Positions 60,740-64,000 of a stretch of DNA of 64,000 bases are shown piece by piece (the first letter of the stretch is position 1; each line of letters starts with the position of its first letter). The translations under genes were made by a program, and so were the position numbers. The DNA lies in contig NC_086097.1 of NCBI RefSeq assembly GCF_963921235.1, forward strand, positions 55,306,001 to 55,370,000, in the 5' to 3' direction. The notes under the pieces were generated by a model, which saw nothing but the letters and a program-made list of their open reading frames with translations, had not been told where the DNA came from and searched no databases. The DNA is from Mobula hypostoma (taxonomy: Eukaryota).

Positions 60740-61290
60740 TGTAAACTTTTCCTCGTCTGCCTTTATTACAAATCCATTGCTGTGTTTGCGCCTATAAACA
60801 CTGTCCAGATTAATTTCGATCCAGATGAAAGATATGTCTTAATCTTCATTAGATTATTGAAATGTTCCACTTCTAGTCTGTTTTTGGAATTGCATTTGAT
60901 TGAATTCATAAGACTGAATCCACATTCCCCGTCGGCACTAGAAGCTTGAAATGTTCCAGTGATGTCAACAAGAATTGGCAGATTTTCAAATTCTTTGTTT
61001 CTAAGCATGTAGTTCAACCTATCGGTGAAAGTCTTATTTGAACCAAAGTCTCATTAACTTTATCAGAAACAATAAATTCATGGTAATGCCTAGATATTTT
61101 TGAGGCAGCGATTTTGTCGTAGTTCGTATAAATAGCTGAGTTCAGTGGGCTGGCGGTTTATTAACAATGAACTACCAACTTCTATTGTGTTTATTGTTAC
61201 AATTTGTAACAGTGTAGTAACGTGAAACACTAACGATATAACTGTTGAAGATTTAAATTTTTCAAAATAAAGATTCTGATACATGTATTA
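60740..61290 (-). mobile_element. hAT transposase remnant (C-terminal dimerisation domain)
   Basis: FENLPILVDITGTFQASSADGECGFSLMNSIKCNSKNRLEVEHFNNLMKI matches the hAT SSA.CER.FS.M..IK...RNRL pattern; termini not resolved. Confidence 0.7.
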
Positions 61291-61380
61291 TTTAGAAAAT
61301 TTATGAGTTAGGTTCATTAACAGGTTAATTGCAGGGTATTACGATTATATTAACATAGATTTCAAAATTATATTAACATT

Positions 61381-62195
61381 ACATAGAACATAGAAATTTA
61401 CAGCACATTACAGGCCCTTTGGCCCACAATGTTGTGCCGACCATGTAACCTACTCTAGAGACTGCCCAGAATTTCCCTAGCGCGTAGCCCTCTATTTTTC
61501 TAAGCTCCATGTACCTATCTAAGTGGCTCTTAAAAGACCCTATTGTATCCGCTTTCACCACCGCCACTGGCAGTGCATTCCACGCACCCACCACTCTGTG
61601 TGGAAAAACTTACCCCTGACATCCCTTTGCAAGCACCTTAAAACTATGCCCCCTTGTGTTGGCCATTTCAGCCCTGGGAAAAAGCCTCTGACTATCCACA
61701 CGATCAATGCCCCTCATCATCTTATACACCTCTATCAGGCCACTTTTCGTCCTCCATTGCTCCAAGGAGAAAAGGCCAAGTACACTCAACCTATTCTTAT
61801 AAGGTACTCATCCAGGTAACATTCTTGTAAATCTCCTTTGCACTCTCTCTATACTATCCACATTCTTCCTGTATTCAGGTGACCAGAACTGAACACAGTA
61901 CTCCAAGTGGGGTCTGACCAAGGTCTTGTATAGCTGTAACATTACCTCATGGGTCTTGAACTCAGTCCCAAGGTTGATCAATGGCAACACACCATACGCC
62001 TTCTTAACAAAACTGTCAACCTGTGCAGCAGCTTTGAGTGTCCTATTGACATGGACCCCAAGATCTCTCAGATCTCCACACTGCCAAGAGTTTTGCCATT
62101 TATATTATATTCTGTCTTCAAATTGGACCTACGAAAATGAACCACTTCATGCATATCTGGGTTGAAGTTCATCTGCCACTTCTCAGCCCAGTTCT
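61381..62195 (-). mobile_element. CR1 LINE 3' portion
   Basis: VMLQLYKTLVRPHLEYCVQFWSP, ERVQRRFTRMLPG, VGAWNALP..FKSHLDRYM; acatagaacatagaa tail. Confidence 0.92.
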
Positions 62196-62883
62196 AAGAA
62201 AATTCCAGCTGTGCCGTAACAAAGGCTATGTTTGTGGGAGCATTTCAGTTACTCACATGGCTTAGAAAAAACAGTGTTCTCCGGTGACCATATAGACACT
62301 GTGAGTTGCCCACTTTCATCACAGAACCTCTATTGACAACTCAGTGTCAGTAAGTGTGTTGGATGCAGGGTGGGTAATAAAGTGTGGATTGTGTAGCTAA
62401 CAACATTAATTTGTACTAAAAAGGTCTAGGTGGGGGGGGGGAGCCTATCCTCATCCAAGCAAAGTATATTTTTCTAGGAACTCAGAGGGTGGAAGGTTCA
62501 TACAGATGAATTATGTACGTCACTTCAACTTCAGTCATTTGTAAAATCTTGAACACCTAGTTTGATTGTCATATTACCCAAGCTTGCCTACTTTGATTTG
62601 GAACAGCATTGTCACCATATGCAGCCCTGCCATTACTGATGACTTGGGAATGGTATTTTTCCTTGGTTACTGGTGCCAAATGCACAATGTAGAACCCTGT
62701 GCACGCTGTACCCTATTTTCCAAAGTTCAGTTTTTTTTACTTCAGTAATGCAACAGAATTGACTGAAAATAAATTTCCATCCTTTCAACATCTTAATGGC
62801 TTCTTTAATACTGGACTTTAGATAAAGTTCTTGATCTGTGTAGTCTTCTGTGGCGGTGTATTAGTTTGGGGCCTATACTTATA

Positions 62884-63686
62884 CAGTAGATTCTGGTTAA
62901 TTCAGACACATCAGGACCAGTATATTTTGGCCCAATTAAGTGGCTGTCCTAATTAGCTGAAGTTTCATGTAAATAATTAAAGTATAAAAAAGACAAACTA
63001 CCATTTAACTGAGTAACAATTAATGTACTGTATTTAAATGAAATACAGAATCAATTAGAACACTACCAATTCTCCAGTACTATAAATCTGTGTTAGTCCT
63101 TAATAGTTATTGATAGAGGAATTCATCCAGTTTATGCTGCTGTGTTCTTAAGATTGATTGTAAATGAACAAAATCAGCATAGACACCTAGTGTAGATGAT
63201 GAGTGCATCCTCAAAATCTTCATTTTCATTGTAACGTTCAAGATGATGGTTGATACCTTTGGTAATTCCTAAGTTGTTGAAGTAGTGAGATTGTTTCATT
63301 CTCACTCCTTGCTGTTTCTGGTGTCTAAGCCTGAATGCTTGAAACAGTGGTGAACAAAACGGTTCTGAATTGTCTTGCTGCTTTTTTCTCACCAACTAAC
63401 AGTGACAATAATCGCTACTTTCTGAACACAAACACACACAACTGATGTTTTTTAAAAATTGTTTGCTCTAAGCATGTTGTGTTGTCTAACAGATACACAA
63501 GTGCATGTGACTTGATGCTAGTTAGAAACTCTTCGGCAAAAGTCTCCTGTCCCAATTAAGTGGCATAGTGCCCTGAAGAAACGAAGGGCCTGGCTATTTT
63601 CTTGATTTAACTTTTGTTCTTTAAGAGTTGTCCCGAATAAATGGCTGTGCCGATTTACTGATAGCCCAATTAACCAGAATCCACTG
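62884..63686 (-). mobile_element. Non-autonomous pogo/Tigger-like element, copy 2 (inverted relative to copy 1)
   Basis: TA-flanked TIRs CAGTAGATTCTGGTTAATT / AATTAACCAGAATCCACTG; body is the reverse complement of 53931-54711 (KGINHHLERYNENEDFEDA). Confidence 0.85.
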
Positions 63687-64000
63687 TATATGTATTGACC
63701 AGCAACAAATTTGAGTATTTAATTGGATTTTTCTGAATCGGAATCAATTTGGGTTTAGTCAGGAGTGATGTAAATGGTACTAATATAAATGGGATTAATA
63801 ACTCACTTTGTAAACAGTTGAAACCTAACCTGATTTGTTTTATTCTGACCCAAAAACAAACATATTCTAAATAGAATGGAAAGGAAATGAATAGTTTTTC
63901 ATCATTTTTGTCAACATGCATTATCTATTACTTGCACTATTTGAGCAATCATGTAAGCACTGTTACCCATATTCCCAGTGCTAATTGTGAAATTCTCAGA

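Noticed and set aside
60766..61017. Domesticated hAT-derived gene (ZBED/ZNF862-like) exon
   Set aside because: The conserved CER motif is degraded to GEC and the flanking frames are broken; best read as a decayed transposon
1..64000. The many 60-150 aa ORFs in the six-frame track as genes
   Set aside because: They are transposon fragments, antisense frames of transposons, or chance ORFs (many with non-ATG starts) with no recognisable domains

Overview
Eukaryotic, repeat-rich vertebrate DNA. The repeat landscape (CR1 and Rex1/Babar LINEs, V-SINEs, abundant Penelope-like elements) suggests a cartilaginous fish such as a ray; this is inference. No host protein-coding gene could be identified. 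Every recognisable ORF in the track is a transposon fragment or the antisense frame of one. Main contents: (1) a complete but decayed 4.4-kb Gypsy LTR retrotransposon (7178-11598, minus). It has no tRNA primer-binding site; a 13-nt sequence complementary to its own LTR sits in that position, suggesting self-priming, and the pairing also covers the poly(A) signal. (2) A family of Penelope-like (RT + GIY-YIG) elements whose 3' end carries a minimal hammerhead ribozyme. It occurs as long copies, a 138-bp solo ribozyme module with a 12-bp TSD, tail-out fold-back pairs, and a 7 x 44-bp minisatellite. (3) Many CR1 and Rex1/Babar fragments, often nested. (4) Tigger/pogo and Tc1-type non-autonomous DNA transposons and a hAT remnant. 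(5) tRNA-derived SINEs. (6) Two CpG-rich promoter-like regions (about 17.3-18.0 kb with E2F/CHR motifs; about 30.0-31.3 kb with a CCAAT box and a likely non-coding first exon) plus a few candidate exons. All family assignments come from motif recognition by eye, not database searches. Boundaries without TSD/TIR support are approximate.
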